Below, in pieces: positions 48,803-61,870 of a stretch of DNA of 64,000 nt. The stretch is from assembly GCA_965287045.1 (NCBI GenBank), contig OZ336871.1, positions 99,076,001 to 99,140,000 on the forward strand, given 5' to 3'. Positions within the stretch are counted from its first letter, which is position 1. Each line of letters begins with the position of its first letter. A program made the position numbers and the translations under genes. Source of the stretch: Carcharhinus amblyrhynchos. Lineage: Eukaryota. The notes beneath the pieces were generated by a model that was given only the letters and a program-made list of their open reading frames with translations, made no database searches and was not told the DNA's origin.

Positions 48803-51095
48803 TACAAAGAACGAAGAACAAATAAAATTATAGCACAGGAACAGGCCCTTCAGCCCTCCAAGCCTCACCGACTATGCTGCCTCATGTCTTAACTAAAAGC
48901 CCCTACCCTTCCAGTGACCATATCCCTCTATTCCCATGCTATTCATGTACTTGTCAAGATGCCCCTTAAAAATCACGACCATATCTGTTTCTACTACCTC
49001 CCCTGGCAACGAGTTCCAGGCACCCACTACTCTCTGTGTAAAATATCTGCCTTGCACATTTCCTTCAAACCTTGCCCCTCACACCTTAAATCTACACCCT
49101 CTAGTAATTGACCCTTCCACCCTGGGAAAAAGCTCCTGACTATCCACTCTGTCCATGCCTCTTATAATCTTGTAGACTTCTATCAGGTCTCCCCTCAATC
49201 TTCGTCTCTCCAGTGAGAACAGCCAAGTTTCTCCAACCTCTCCTCATAGCTAATGCTCTCCATATCAGGCAGCATCCTGGTAAATCTTTTCTGTACCCTC
49301 TCCAAAGCCTCCATGTCCTCCTGGTAGTGTGGCAACCAGAATTGAATACTATATTCCAAGTGCAGCCTAACTACGATTCTATAAAGCTGCAACATGACCT
49401 GCCAATTTTTAAACTCAATACCCCGACTGATGAAGGCAAGCATGCCGTATGCCTTCTTGACTATCTTCTCCACCTGCATTGCCACTTTCAGTGACCTGTG
49501 TATTTGTACAGCCAGATCTCTTTACCTGCCAATACTCCTCAGGGTTCTGCCATTTACTGTATATTTCGTATCTGTATTAGACTTTCCAAAATGCATTACC
49601 TCACACTCGTCCGGATTAAACGTTGGCAAGTGTGAGGTGGTCCACTTTGGTAGGAAGAATGGTAGGAAGGACTATTACTTACGTGGCGAAAAACTGCAGC
49701 AGGCGACGGTGCAGAGGGACCTCGGGGTCCTTGTGCATGAGTCGCAAAAACCCAGCTTGCAGGTGCAGCAGGTGGTCAGGAAGGCGAATGGGATGCTGGC
49801 CTTCATAGCGAGGGGGATTGAATATAAAAGTAGGGAGGTCTTGCTGCAGCTGTATAGGGCATTGGTGAGGCCGCAGCTGGAGTACTGTGTGCAGTTTTGG
49901 GCACCGCACCTGTGCAAGGATATTTTGGCCTTGGAGGGAGTGCAGAGGAGGTTTACTAGGCTGATACCGGAGTTGAGGGGGTTGAGCTATGAGGAGAGGC
50001 TGAATAAACTAGGCTTGTACTCGTTAGAGTTTAGAAGAATGAGGGGAGGTCTCATTGAGACGTATAAGATGATGAATGGGATGGATAGGATAGAGGTGGA
50101 GAGACTCTTCCCGCTCAGAAAAGACAGTAGGACTAGGGGGCACAGCCTCAAGATAAAGGGGAGGCGGTTTAGAACGGAGTTGAGGAGGAACTTCTTCACT
50201 CAAAGGGTGGTGAATCTCTGGAATTCTCTGCCCGTTGAAGTGGTGGAGGCTGCCTCGCTAAATATTTTTAAGAAGCTGGTTGATGGGTTCTTGATAAGAG
50301 AGGGGATTAAGGGTTATGGGGAGAGGGCGGGAATGTGGAACTGAGCCACGACAGATCAGCCATGATCTTATTGAATGGCGGGACAGGCTCGAAGGGCTAG
50401 ATGGCCTACTCCTGCTCCTATTTCTTATGTTCTTATGTTCTTATGTAAACTCCATCTACCATTTCTCTGCCCAAGTCTCCAACTGATCTATATCCTGCTG
50501 TATCCTCTGATGGTCTTCATCGTTATCCACAAATCCACCAACCTTTGTGTCGTCCGCAAACTCAGCAATTTCCTCCCTTGCCTCTCTCAGTATTCTGGGG
50601 AATATCCCATCAGGCTCTGGGAACTTGTCTACCTTAATGTTTCTCAAGGACCTCAATACCTATTCCTTTTTGATCACAACATGACTCAAACTATCTACAC
50701 ATCCTTTCCCAGACTCATCATCCACAAAATCCTTCTCTTTGGTGAATACTGACGCAAAGTACTCATTTAATATCTCACCCATTTCCTCTGGCTCCACACA
50801 TAGATTCCCTTCCTTGTCCTTGAGTGGGCCAACCCTCTCCCCAGCAACCCTCTTGCTCTTTATACATGTATAAAAAGCCTTGGGATTTTCCTTAATCCTG
50901 CTGGCCAATGCTTTTTCATGATTCATTTTAGCCCTGCCTACTCCTTCTTAAGTTTTGGTTTACTTTTCTTATATTTCACACTTGCTAACTGTGTTCCCAG
51001 CCTCTTAGCTTTGACAAATGCTTCCTTTTCCTTTTTGACCAGGCTGACAATATCTCTTGTTATCCAAGGTTCCCAAAACTTGCCATACTTATCCT
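48803..51095 (-). mobile_element. Older CR1 LINE with an internal deletion, split by a young CR1
   Basis: ORF pieces at 49195-49485, 50456-50656 and 50660-50926. Tail near 48803. Confidence 0.9.
49622..50445 (+). mobile_element. Young 5'-truncated CR1 with 5-bp TSD
   Basis: Uninterrupted ORF from VGKCEVVHFG to 50344 and (TTCTTATG)3 tail. TSD TAAAC at 49617-49621 and 50446-50450. Confidence 0.95.
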
Positions 51096-51709
51096 AATTA
51101 CATGGGCTGCAATTTCACGTGTTGCAAATAACTCCTTCCATTATGTAATAACTGCCTCAGAAGTGTGACCTTGTTGTTGCTTGAGCTTTACTCATCATAG
51201 TAGTATTCCATATGAACAAGAGCATCTTACTTCAGTGATTGACGAGATCCATCCCAAGATGTTCACAAAGTCTTGATGGTAAGGAAGAGGACATCAGTAG
51301 TTTTCTTGTCTCCTGAAGGTGAATAGCATAAGTAATACAGTTTTTGATTTTGGGAGAGCTGGCCACTAAACGGAATATCTTGCTCTGGTTCAAAACATCG
51401 CAATGTCCAAATGTCTTTGCTGCAAGCATTGCAGTATATTGAGTCTCATAACTCTCAAAATGACTGTTACAATTAGGAAGAGGTCAGTTCCAATGGCACT
51501 GTTTTCCTCTTTCCATCTATCTATGAAAAAGAAGGTGTTTTGAATTAGTTTGTTTTAAAGAACAAGCAGTGGTGTATTCTTTAAACCCTTCATTTTTTTT
51601 AATGTGATCCAATTTTACCAATAAACCCACAGTAAACTTGAGTTAGGATTAATTCAGAAGATTAGTTTATTTTTTCACATTCTACTCAGTTGAATTCCTT
51701 TGTTAAGGT

Positions 51710-52858
51710 TAAATCATCTCTTGACTGCAAATTGCCAGACAATCCTTCATCCAAACTCTAACAACAAGTCTGTCTCTGATTAGTTCATCTTTTAAGTTGC
51801 CATACTCACAGTTATCTGCAAGTTTATACAGGTTATTTACAAATGTATCAATACTTTCCCCTTGCAGCTGGGTATTGTTACAATTCAGGCCATAAACTCC
51901 AAAGTGTTCTATGGAGCCCATCTGCATTATAAGTTTTGCACTTCGAATTTGGCTGCGATAAGCATAATGTACCTTGTAATTGAGTCTGTGTTTATATATG
52001 CCCTGTTTGTGAAACCAACTCTATGCACACCTAATGAAGGAGCAACGCTCCAAAAGCTCATGCTACCAAATAAACCTGTTGGACTTTAACCTGGTTTTGT
52101 GAGACTTCTTACCTTGAATTCACGATGAAGAAAAAAATCTATCCAAAACACATGGTCTGCCATCAGTCTTCCTCTTAACAATGCAGGGTCATAAAGCATC
52201 CCAGAGTAAAAATAAACATACCCCATTTAAACCACTGAAGGAACAATAAAAGTAGTAGACAGACTAGCAACAATGATATAAGCTGAGGCTGTGAAAGTTG
52301 CAGAGGACATGATTTTTAAAAAAATCTCTTTTGGACAGTATGTTTGTTAAATTTAACCTGCTTGACAGTAGTAATTTTGCACAGATTGAAGTATCAAGCA
52401 CTTCTATTACTTCATCATTTGCAATTTCTCTTCATTGGCCTCTAACCTGATTGGGATATCATCTTGATAGCCATCCACTGTGTATAAGTGTATTGACTCT
52501 GCTTAGTTTTGCAGCAAGGCTCAGTGTGGTGTGACTTCTGGGTAAGTCTTCAGCACCAGTTCAGCTGTGCTTCTGCTTGACTGAGCCCCGTGACTGGGTC
52601 AAATCTTTCTGGTAAAGGCAAGGATTTTTCAAAACTTGTTTATTCACTCGCTGCCACCACATAATATTCTCGATTTTGTTGTGCTAATGCAGAATTTTTA
52701 TAGAGTCTGCTGAGATGATGAAACCATTAACTTTATTGGAATATCTCTTACTGCATCGACATCTTGCCACAAGGTTCGACAAGAGAGAGCAAGAGCAAGA
52801 TCATGTGATAATGCATTGCTTTCTGTGATGACGTATACTGTGTTTCATTAGCCACCAC
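51710..52858 (-). mobile_element. Gypsy remnant: LTR, PBS-like site and gag fragment
   Basis: QLQGESIDTFVNNLYKLADNCEYGNLKDELIRDRLVV (retrotransposon gag). TGGTGGCAGCGAG at 52659-52647, next to an LTR-like segment at 52662-52858. Confidence 0.7.
51977..52109 (+). mobile_element. Penelope-like terminal-repeat fragment with a decayed type-I hammerhead ribozyme
   Basis: TSD TACCTTG at 51970-51976 and 52110-52116. CAC-CTAATGA-A-GGAGC-AAC-GCTCC-AAAA-GC-TC at 52028-52059, followed by AATAAA. Confidence 0.7.
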
Positions 52859-52924
52859 ACTGTTGGAATTAACTCTTTTTTCTGCAGTTTTTAACAAGAT
52901 ACTTGATGGGCTGAATGGCCTACT

Positions 52925-53825
52925 TAGAACATAAGAAATAGGAGCAGGAGTAGGCCATCTAGCTCCTCAAGCCTGCTCCGCCATTCAGGAAGATCATGGC
53001 TGATCTGATAGTGGGTTCAGTTCCACTTACTTACCCGCTCCCCATAACCCTTAATTCCCTTATTGGTTAAAATCTATCTATCTGTGACTTAAACACATTT
53101 AAATGAGGTAGCCTCTACAGTTTCATTGGGCAGAGAATTCCAAAGATTCACTACCCTCTGGGAGAAGAAGTTCCTCCTCAACTCTGTGCAAAACTGACTC
53201 TCCCATATTTTGAGGCTATGCCCCCTAGTGCTTGTTTCCATTATAAGTGGAAATAACCTCACTGCTCCTACCCTGTCTAGCCCCTTCATTATCTTATATG
53301 TCTCTATAAGATCTCCCCTCAGTCTTCTAAACTCCAATGAGTACAGGCCCAGTCTACTCAATCTCTCCTCATAAGCTAACCCCCTCATCTCCAGAATCAA
53401 CCTGGTGAACCTTCTCTGTACTCCCTCCAAAGCTAATATAGCCTTTCTTAAATAAGGGGACCAAAATTGTACACAGTACTCTCGGTGCAGCCTCACCAGT
53501 ACCTTATACAATTGCAGAAAGACCTCCCTGCTTTTATACTCCATCCCTTTCGTGATAAAGGCCAACATTCCATTTGCCTTCTTGATCACTTGCTGCACCT
53601 GCGAACTGAGTTTTTGTGATTCATGCACAAGGACCCCCAGGTCCCTCTGCATTGTAGAATGTTGTAATTTTCACTGTTTAAATATTGTCCATTTTACTAT
53701 TATTCCTTCCAAAGTAGATAACCTCACACTTATCAACGTTATACTCCATCTGCCAGATCCTTGTCCACTCACTTAGCCTATCCAAATCTCTCTGCAGACT
53801 TTCTGTGTCCTCCATGCAATTTACT
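52925..53825 (-). mobile_element. 5'-truncated CR1 LINE
   Basis: 187-aa ORF2 piece at 53089-53652 and AGAACATAAGAA tail. Related to the young copy at 49622. Confidence 0.9.
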
Positions 53826-55074
53826 TCTGCTCCAATATCATATAATCAAACCTTGAAAAATACAAACAATATTTTGATAAAGGATACAATCTCAATCATC
53901 CTTTTCTCTTTCAGAAATACCAAACTGTTGGTCATTTCTAGTATTTTCTGTATTTGTTGCAAAGTCCCAATTGTACTGATTTAGTTGAGTGTTGGCAGTG
54001 CTAAGACCTGGTAGGAAACAGTTTTCCAATATTTTTCTACAAAAGACCACTTGGCAGACCTACAAAAGTTGTATTAACATAGGCTTCAGTCTGTCCTGTT
54101 GTGATCAATCCTGTCAATGTAAGGCTGATTCAAGACAATTCTTTGTTCTGCTTTGACATACTGTATCAGTGGAGAACATGTAGCTCCCACTGGGCATGTT
54201 AGACTCTTACACTTTGAACAGGAATGTCTGAGACTTCACATCACCAACAGGGCCTTTCATCTAGCGGGTGGCTTATCAGCGAATGGAATTTGTATTGCCC
54301 TGGATTCTCTGTCTAAGATTGTGAGTTGGACAAATGTGATTTTGCCTTTTAACAAAGGATTGCTGATTTGTCAGGTCACTCACAGTAGAAATATCAAAAC
54401 TAACCAGTGGGAGTTGTTCATGCTGTCTGCAAGTTTATTTGTGTGAACTACATGGTGCTTTTTACATTTATTTAAAGATGTGCATTGCAACCAAATTGTT
54501 GAGAACTTATTTCCAAGTATATTAATCTGTTGTTTTGACAATTAAAAAGTGAGTGGGCAATGATGTCCAATTTGATCTCTAGCTGGATTCCACTGTTTAG
54601 TTAAAAAAAAGGTGTCTCAAATCAACAGAAAAGTGAAGAATATTTTATGGCTAACATTTCCCTAACTTTGTCTCAGGTCTGTTAACCCTTTGTAGATTGA
54701 AATCAGATTGTAGGAACGAGAAACAGACAATTAGCCAGTCCAGCTCTCCCATTTACATTCAGATTCAATGGAACCAATTGTCATCCTCCCATGACATACA
54801 GCCCATTTACCTTTTCGATCAAATGACACCTACAAACATGGCTGATTGGAGCTTTCTATTTGCCATAGGAACTATAGTGCCATGACGAATTATCTCAAGC
54901 AATTTAATGTCAGAGACTGGCTGTAAAATTCCTGATTTGGGGAAGGTGCAATTTACTCATTGCCAGTTTGCAGAACCTGAAATTTGAGCTAGGGTCAGTG
55001 TACATGGGAGGAGATTCTATTGCCGAATACCTTGGCAAATATTCTAAGTTGTGAGTAAATTGAAAAATTTTCAA

Positions 55075-55290
55075 GAAAGAATGACTTGCATTTATGTACT
55101 GCTTTCTACAACCACAAGTCACCCCAAAGAGCTTCACTGGTTTTGACGTGGCATCCACTATGACATCACCTGTATTAAAATCTGAGACTTCTGTCTTTCC
55201 ATCCGCTTTTCAAAATGTGCAGCACAATCAAAAGGCATTTTGCCAGGTCCTGCACATCAGCGTACAACCATATGAAACAAAAGACTAGCT
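55075..55290 (-). mobile_element. 3' end of a Deu-SINE or L2-like element
   Basis: GAAAGAATGACTTGCATTTAT...CCCAAAGAGCTTCAC is the antisense of the L2-type tail. Confidence 0.5.
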
Positions 55291-56159
55291 GATCCACAGA
55301 ACTTGCCCCACACAGTAATGGTGAAAGTTGACCAGCATGTCCCCCAGTGTACCCCACCTACTATTGCTTGCAATCCTCTGGGAGAGCAAAAGTATTCAGC
55401 TGAAGGGACACTGACTGAATCTGGCCTACACTTGCGACTCACTGTGGGTATTGGAATTTGGTTTTCACTGCTGGATGTGGGAAGCTCGCCTTTACATTCT
55501 GCACCACTCCTGAATGGCACTCTATTTGAAGAAAATTACAGAGCTGGAATCTGATTGCTGCACAACGGGTTTCACATTGGCAAAGATGTTCCCCATAATC
55601 TATGCACTGAAGAAAGAATAGGAGAAGGCTAGATATGGAAAGGAAGAGTAAGCAGGCAACACCAGAAAAGAAGTGGCACATCTCAGCACTATCCACTCAG
55701 CAAGATGTGTAGAACTAGATGCATCTTCTGAGACCTCTCAGAGGTGCTTTGTCTGAGGAAGTTGTGCTTTCAACAGTAAGTTTTGGGGAAGATCTTTGCC
55801 GTACTGCAGTCAGATCTCAACTGTGATCTTCAGCACATCCAGGAGAACTTCCATCCTCCTGGTTTGTCACGGGGAGTGGCAGGAACCTTTGCCAGATCAA
55901 CAAATTTGCTGTGCACTCCTCAAAAGGTCAAGTCACTAATGCTCTCAATTACACATTGCTGCCTGAAGCTGAATGAGAGGACCAACATGCTTTTTAAAAT
56001 TACTGGATTCTCTACAATTGAGGATGTTATTGCTTGTACACAAGCCAGATATAAACCTCCATATTTATTAAAGGGAAGAATGAAAAAGCAAATAATTACT
56101 TTTGAGGAACTGACATATGTTGCAAAGTTTCTGCTCCCTGGACCTAGAATAGCTGATGC

Positions 56160-58850
56160 TAAAATGCCATTCTACTACCTTCCACAGGGGTTCACCTCTG
56201 TTATCCTGATAGCAGTTTACATCCCACCCCATGCGGACCATGCTGGACGAAATATCCTCCACCACAAATAGCCTTGAGACAAAACATCCTGAGGCTTCAT
56301 TCATCGTGGCCAGGGGCTTCAATCAGGCCAAGCTCAATAGCGTCCCACCAAAATGTCACCAACACGTTTCCTGTTCCACCAGAGGCCCAAATATTTGAGA
56401 CCACTGCCACACAAATTAGAAACATGTCTACCGCTCTATCATCTGCCCACATTTTGGAAAGTCAGACCACAAGGCTATGCTCCTGCTCCTAGCTTACAAG
56501 AAAAAACTGAAATAAGAGAATCTGTCAAAGAAAATCGTGCCATGTTGGCCTGATGAATCAGATGATCTCCTGTGGGCCTGCTTAAAGTGAGTAGACTGAT
56601 TTGATTTGATTTGATTTATTATTGTCATATGTATTAACATACAGTGAAAAGTATTGTTTCTTGCGTGCTATACAGATAAAACATAGCGTTCATAGAGAAA
56701 GAAATGAGAAAGTGTAGTTTGTAATGTTACAGTCATAGCTAGGGTGTAGAGAAAGGTCAATTTAATACAAGGCAAGCCCATTCAAAAGTCTGACAGCAGC
56801 AGGGAAGAAGTTGTTCTTGAGTTGGTTGATACGCGACCTCAGACTTTTGTATCTTTTACCCAACAGAAGAAGGTGGAAGAGAGAATGCCCGGGTGCGTGG
56901 GATTCTTAATTATGCTGGCTGCTTTTCCGAGGCAGTGGCAAGTGTAGATGGAGTCAATGGATAAGAGGCTGGTTTTCGTGATGGATTGGGTTACATTCAT
57001 GACTTTTTGTAGTTCCTTGCGGTCTTGGGCAGATCGGGAGTCATACCAAGCTGTGATACAACCAGAAAGAATGCTTTCTATGGTGCATCTGTAAATGTTG
57101 GTGAGAGGCATAGCTGACATCCCAAATTTCCTTAGTCTTCTGAGAAAGTAGAGGCACCAGTGGGTTTTCTTAACAATAGTGTTAGCATGGGAGGACCAGG
57201 ACAGTTTGTTGGTGATTTGAACACAAAAAGCTTGAAGTCCTCAACCCTTTCTACTCATCTCCATTGCTGTAGACAGGGGCATGTTCTCCTTTACACTTCC
57301 TGAAGTTGATGATAATTTCCTTCATTTTGTTCACATTTAGAGAGAGACTATTGTTGCCGCACTAGTTCATCAGATTCTCTATCTCATTCCTGTACTTTGT
57401 CTCACCATTGATTGAGATCCAACCCACTACGGTCGTGTCATCTGAAAACTTGATATTTGAAAACTCTGTGACCAGCCGGAATGAGTACACCACTCATTAG
57501 TAAGTATGTAGAAGACTGTGTGCCAAAGAAGCAATTCTGTGTGTTTCCCAACTGGAAACCATGGATGAACAGGGGTGTCCACGCCTTGCTGAAGTCAGGT
57601 CTGAGGCGTTCAAGTCAGGCCACCCTAACCAGTACAAGAAATCCAAATATGGTCCACTGAGATCTATCAAAAATGCCAAAAGACAGTACTGGACCAAGCT
57701 AAAGTCCCAAGCCAGCTACATGGATTCCAACCAACTATGGCAAGGTCTGCAAGACATAACCAGCTACACGGTGAAGGCATGTAGAAATGCTGGCACCAGT
57801 GCACCCCTCCCCAGTGAGCTCAATGCACTCCATGCCTGTTTTGAGCAAGAGGTCAGTGAGATCATGCCCTCCACACCGGAAGCTTTGGCTGAATCCATAT
57901 CCAAAGTCACCATTGCAGACATCAGAACAACATTCTCGAAAGTCAACTCATGGAAAGTGACTGGCCTAGACGGGGTACCCAGATGAACACTCAGATCCTG
58001 CGCGGACCAGCTGGCGGAGATATTCACAGACATCTTTAACCTCCCTTTACACTACTCTGAGGTTCCTATCTGCTTCAAGAAGATGACCATCATCCTTGTA
58101 CCAAGAAAAGCCAGGCAGTGTGCCTTAATGACTATTGTCCAGTGGCTCTGACATCCATCATTATGAAGTGATTCGAAATGTTAGTCATGGCACAAATTAA
58201 TCCCGGCCTCCCAGATTACCTGGATCCCACTACTGTTCGCCTACATCACAACAGGCCCACAGCAGATTCCATCTCCCTGGCTCTGCACTCAAACCTGGGA
58301 CACATAGACAACAAAGACACCCATGTCAGACTCCTATTTTTTGACCACAGCTCAGCCTTCAACACCATTGTTCCCACAAAACACATCTCCAAACTCTGGC
58401 CTAGGACTTGGCTCCTCCGTCTGCAACTGGATCCTAGACTTCCTAACCCATGGACTGCAATCAATAAGAATAGGCAACAATACCTCATCCATGATCATCG
58501 TCAACACCGGTGCTCTGCAAGGCTGTGTCCTCAGTCCGTTACTATACTCCTTATACATCTATTACTATAAGGCCAAATTCCCCTCCAACTCAATTTTCAA
58601 GTTGCTGTTGACACCACTGTAGTGGGTCGGATCTCAAACAATGACAAGACAGAGTACAAGAAAGAGATAGAGAATCTGGTGAACTAGTGCAACAACAATA
58701 ATCTCTCCATTAATGTTCAAAACAAAGGAGATAGTTTATCAGCTTCAGGAATGTAGTGGAGGACATGCTGATGTCTACATCTATGGGGATGAAGTGGAAA
58801 CAGCCAAGGCCTTCAAGTTTGTAGGTGTCCAGATCACCAATATCCTGTCT
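56160..58850 (+). mobile_element. Decayed Rex1/Babar-type LINE (endonuclease and RT)
   Basis: PFYYLPQGFTSVILIAVYIPP (APE), [25 protein letters not shown] and [16 protein letters not shown] motifs. Confidence 0.85.
56598..57452 (-). mobile_element. 5'-truncated Rex1-type LINE inserted antisense within Rex1
   Basis: KFSDDTTVVG and IYRCTIESILSGCITAWY motifs, and a (CAAAT)n tail. Confidence 0.88.
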
Positions 58851-58857
58851 GGAAACC

Positions 58858-58982
58858 TAGAAACTTGAAGTCCTGGACCCTTTCACTTCATCACCATTGA
58901 TGTAGAAAGGGACACGCCCACCACTATGCTTCATGAAGTTGATGACTATTTCCTTCATTTTACTGACATTGAGGGAGAGACT
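58858..58982 (-). mobile_element. Short antisense Rex1 fragment mirroring 58700-58822
   Basis: The reverse complement reads LSLNVSKMKEIVINF...FKFL, homologous to the adjacent + strand segment. Confidence 0.65.
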
Positions 58983-59844
58983 AATCTGGATTGTGACTTG
59001 TTCTTGTGAATGTGCTGGATACTTGAGAAGGATGAATCTGGTTAACTAATACTTCTGAATCAATTAAAAAACAAAACCGTTTTAGCTTTAGCTGTGCCAT
59101 ATAATGCACTATAAATGCTTAATACCTATGTCTATGTTTTTAGCGCATTAACACATGGAGAAAATATGTCTCCAAGGTGATTATAATAGCACATTTTCTT
59201 ATTAAGTAAGTAATGTAAGACTTCCTAGGGTAAAGCTACACTGAACCTGTACACAGCTTTCAAAATAATGTAAGCAGTTTTGCAAATGAGGTTGTTAATT
59301 ATGTCTACTTTCTCATATTTTCTGTCACTCTGTGTGAAATGTGTTTGTTTATCTATGTGTGCATATGTGTTTAGATTATGTTTCTGTGTGATGTATCAGG
59401 TCATGATTTCCCCTCCTCTAATTCAAAAGACTCAGAAACAACCAACAGGATGAAGGAACTCGTAAAAATATAGCGAGTCCAATTTTCCTTGGGTAGTTTC
59501 CACTCATTCAGCATATAAGCCATCACAGAAATTCTAGGTCCTCTTAGATTAAGTAATCATCACCCCACTCCTGTTGTTATTGACCAGGTGAGAGGCAAAT
59601 GGAATATTTCCCATTGTAAGACTTTTAGGATACTGTGGTTCTGTTGGCTTCTGGCTGAAATTATTACATAAGACTGGAACCCTTGAGCAATTTGAAGCCA
59701 GTAAATAGCAGAGTTTTGAAACAGTTCTGCAAAAAACTAAGAGAAAGAGGCCTGATCTTTCAGAATGACAGAAAGATTTATAGGAGGTTCAAGACACAAC
59801 TTATGCACTTTACACCTGGTTGGAGAAAGTCCAAAGATCCTGCA

Positions 59845-60003
59845 GTTCTTTGGAGAGATTGGCTATTCCTTTGAAAGGCAAGGTACGCTTTTGGATATGT
59901 TCCTAGGAGACCTTTGGGGAAGGTCAGAGGCTCTTTGGAGAGGTAAGCTACCCTTTGGCAGAGGAAAGGTATCCTTTTGGACCGGTAAGGTGCCCTTTGG
60001 GAT
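59845..60003. repeat. Degenerate ~21-bp tandem repeat (AGGTAAGGTACCCTTTGG-like) in an LTR-like block
   Basis: About eight C/TTTTG(G/A) cores spaced roughly 20-25 bp apart. Confidence 0.6.
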
Positions 60004-60234
60004 TGCTAAACGTCGACACGAAAGTGCATAAAATGTATTTAAACTCATTCAAATATCCAGGCCATCTGAACTGTGAGAAGAAGCCATTAAATAGAACTGT
60101 CGAGCTGTAAAAGACTTTAAATTCCTGCCCTTCAAATATTTGACAAAATTGTCTGCAATGTTTAAAAATAATTAGTTTTTACTAACAGATAACCTGTCTG
60201 TTGTCATAGGCCTGAGAGTTATCATTAGTGCTAC

Positions 60235-61505
60235 ATGACTAAGTTCAAAGAACAAAGAGGGCCCTTTGGACCTCCAAGCCTGCACCGACCATGCTGCCCA
60301 ACTGAACTAAAGCTCCTAACCTTCCGGGGACCATATCCCTCTATTTCAGTCCTATTCGTGTATTTGTCAAGTCGTCCCTTAAAAGTCACCATCGTACCTG
60401 CTTCCATGACCTCCCCTGGCAGTGAGTTCCAGGCACCCTCTGTGTAAAACACAAGCCTCGTACATCTCCTTTAAACCTCGCCCCTTGCATCTTAAACCTA
60501 TGCCCCCTAGTAATTGACTCTTCCACCCTGGGAAAAAGCTTCTGACTATCCACTCTGTCTATGTTCCTCGTACTCTTGTAGACTTCTATCAGGTCACCCC
60601 TCAACCTCTGTTGTTCCAGTGAGAACAAACCAATCTCTCCTCATAGTGAATGCCCTCCATTCCAGGCAACATCCTAGTAAATCTTTTCTGTACCCTCTCC
60701 AAAACCATCCTTCTGGTAGTGTGGTGACCAGAATTAAGCACTATATTCCAAGTACAGGTTAACTAAGGTTCTATAAATCTGCAACATGACTTGCTAATTT
60801 TTAAACTCAGTGCCCCAGCTGATGAAGGCAAGCATGCCATATGCCTTCTTGACTACCTTCTTCACCTGCATTGCCACTTTCAGTGGCCTGTGTACCTGTA
60901 CACCCAGATCCCTTTCCCTATCAATACTCTTAAGGGTTCTGCCATTTCCTGTATATTTCCTCTCTGTATTAGACCTTCCAAAATGTATTACCTCACATTT
61001 GTCCAGATTAAACTCCATCTCCTATCTCTCCACCCAAGTCTCTAACTGATCTATGTCCCGCTGTATCCTCTGATGCTCCTCATCACTATCCACCAACTTT
61101 TGTGTCGTCTGCAAACTTACTAATCAAACCAGTTACATTTTCCTGCATATTATTTATATATGTCTATATATATATATTACAAGCAGCAAAGGTCCCAGCG
61201 CTGATCCACTTGTCACATTCAGAAATGCACCCTTCCACTGCTACCCTCTGCCTTCTATGACCGAGCCAGTTCTCTATCTACCTTGTTAGCTCACCTCTGA
61301 TCTCATGCCACTTCACCGTCTGCACCAGTCTGCCCTGAGGGACCTTGTCAAAAGCCTTACGGAAGTCCATATATACAACATCCACTGCCTTACTCTCAAC
61401 AATCATCTTCGTCACTTACTCGAAAAACTCGATCAAGTTAGTGAGACACGTTCTCCCCTTCACAAAACGGTGTTGCCTCTGGCTAATATGATCACTTATT
61501 TCCAA
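60235..61505 (-). mobile_element. 5'-truncated CR1 LINE
   Basis: LTNLIEFFE, MDFRKAFDKVP, FADDTK and MEFNLDKCEVIHFG motifs. Tail near 60245. Confidence 0.9.
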
Positions 61506-61724
61506 ATGTCACAAATGTTCATTATCAGTAAGGAGTGCCTGTCATTTCAAAAACTGATTGACAGCTACAAGCAGTTGTAAACTCTTTGGAGCGAGATATG
61601 TGTTCCAATGCTTGTTTCTGTTAAGGGTATAAAGGAAACTAAATGTAGTGAATGAGTTTTATCAACAAGAATGTTTTGTTTTAAAACAGTGAATTGCTTA
61701 ATAGATACTTAGTAACTTTATTTT

Positions 61725-61870
61725 ACATAGAAACATAGAAACTAGAATCAGTATTAGGCAATTTGGGCCTTGCACCATTCATTATGATCATGGCTGATCA
61801 TGAAATTCAATATCCTGATTCCTCCCTTCTCACCCTTGAACCCTTTAGCTCTAAGAGCTATATCTCATCT
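61725..61870 (-). mobile_element. CR1 3'UTR fragment
   Basis: ACATAGAAACATAGAAACTAG tail and ATGATCATGGCTGATC. Confidence 0.7.

Noticed and set aside
49394-50344. 316-aa ORF as a novel gene
   Set aside because: It is a chimera. The first ~76 aa are the antisense reading of the older CR1 and the rest is the inserted CR1 ORF2.
59845-60003. CRISPR-like array
   Set aside because: Eukaryotic context, degenerate units without unique spacers, and no cas genes.
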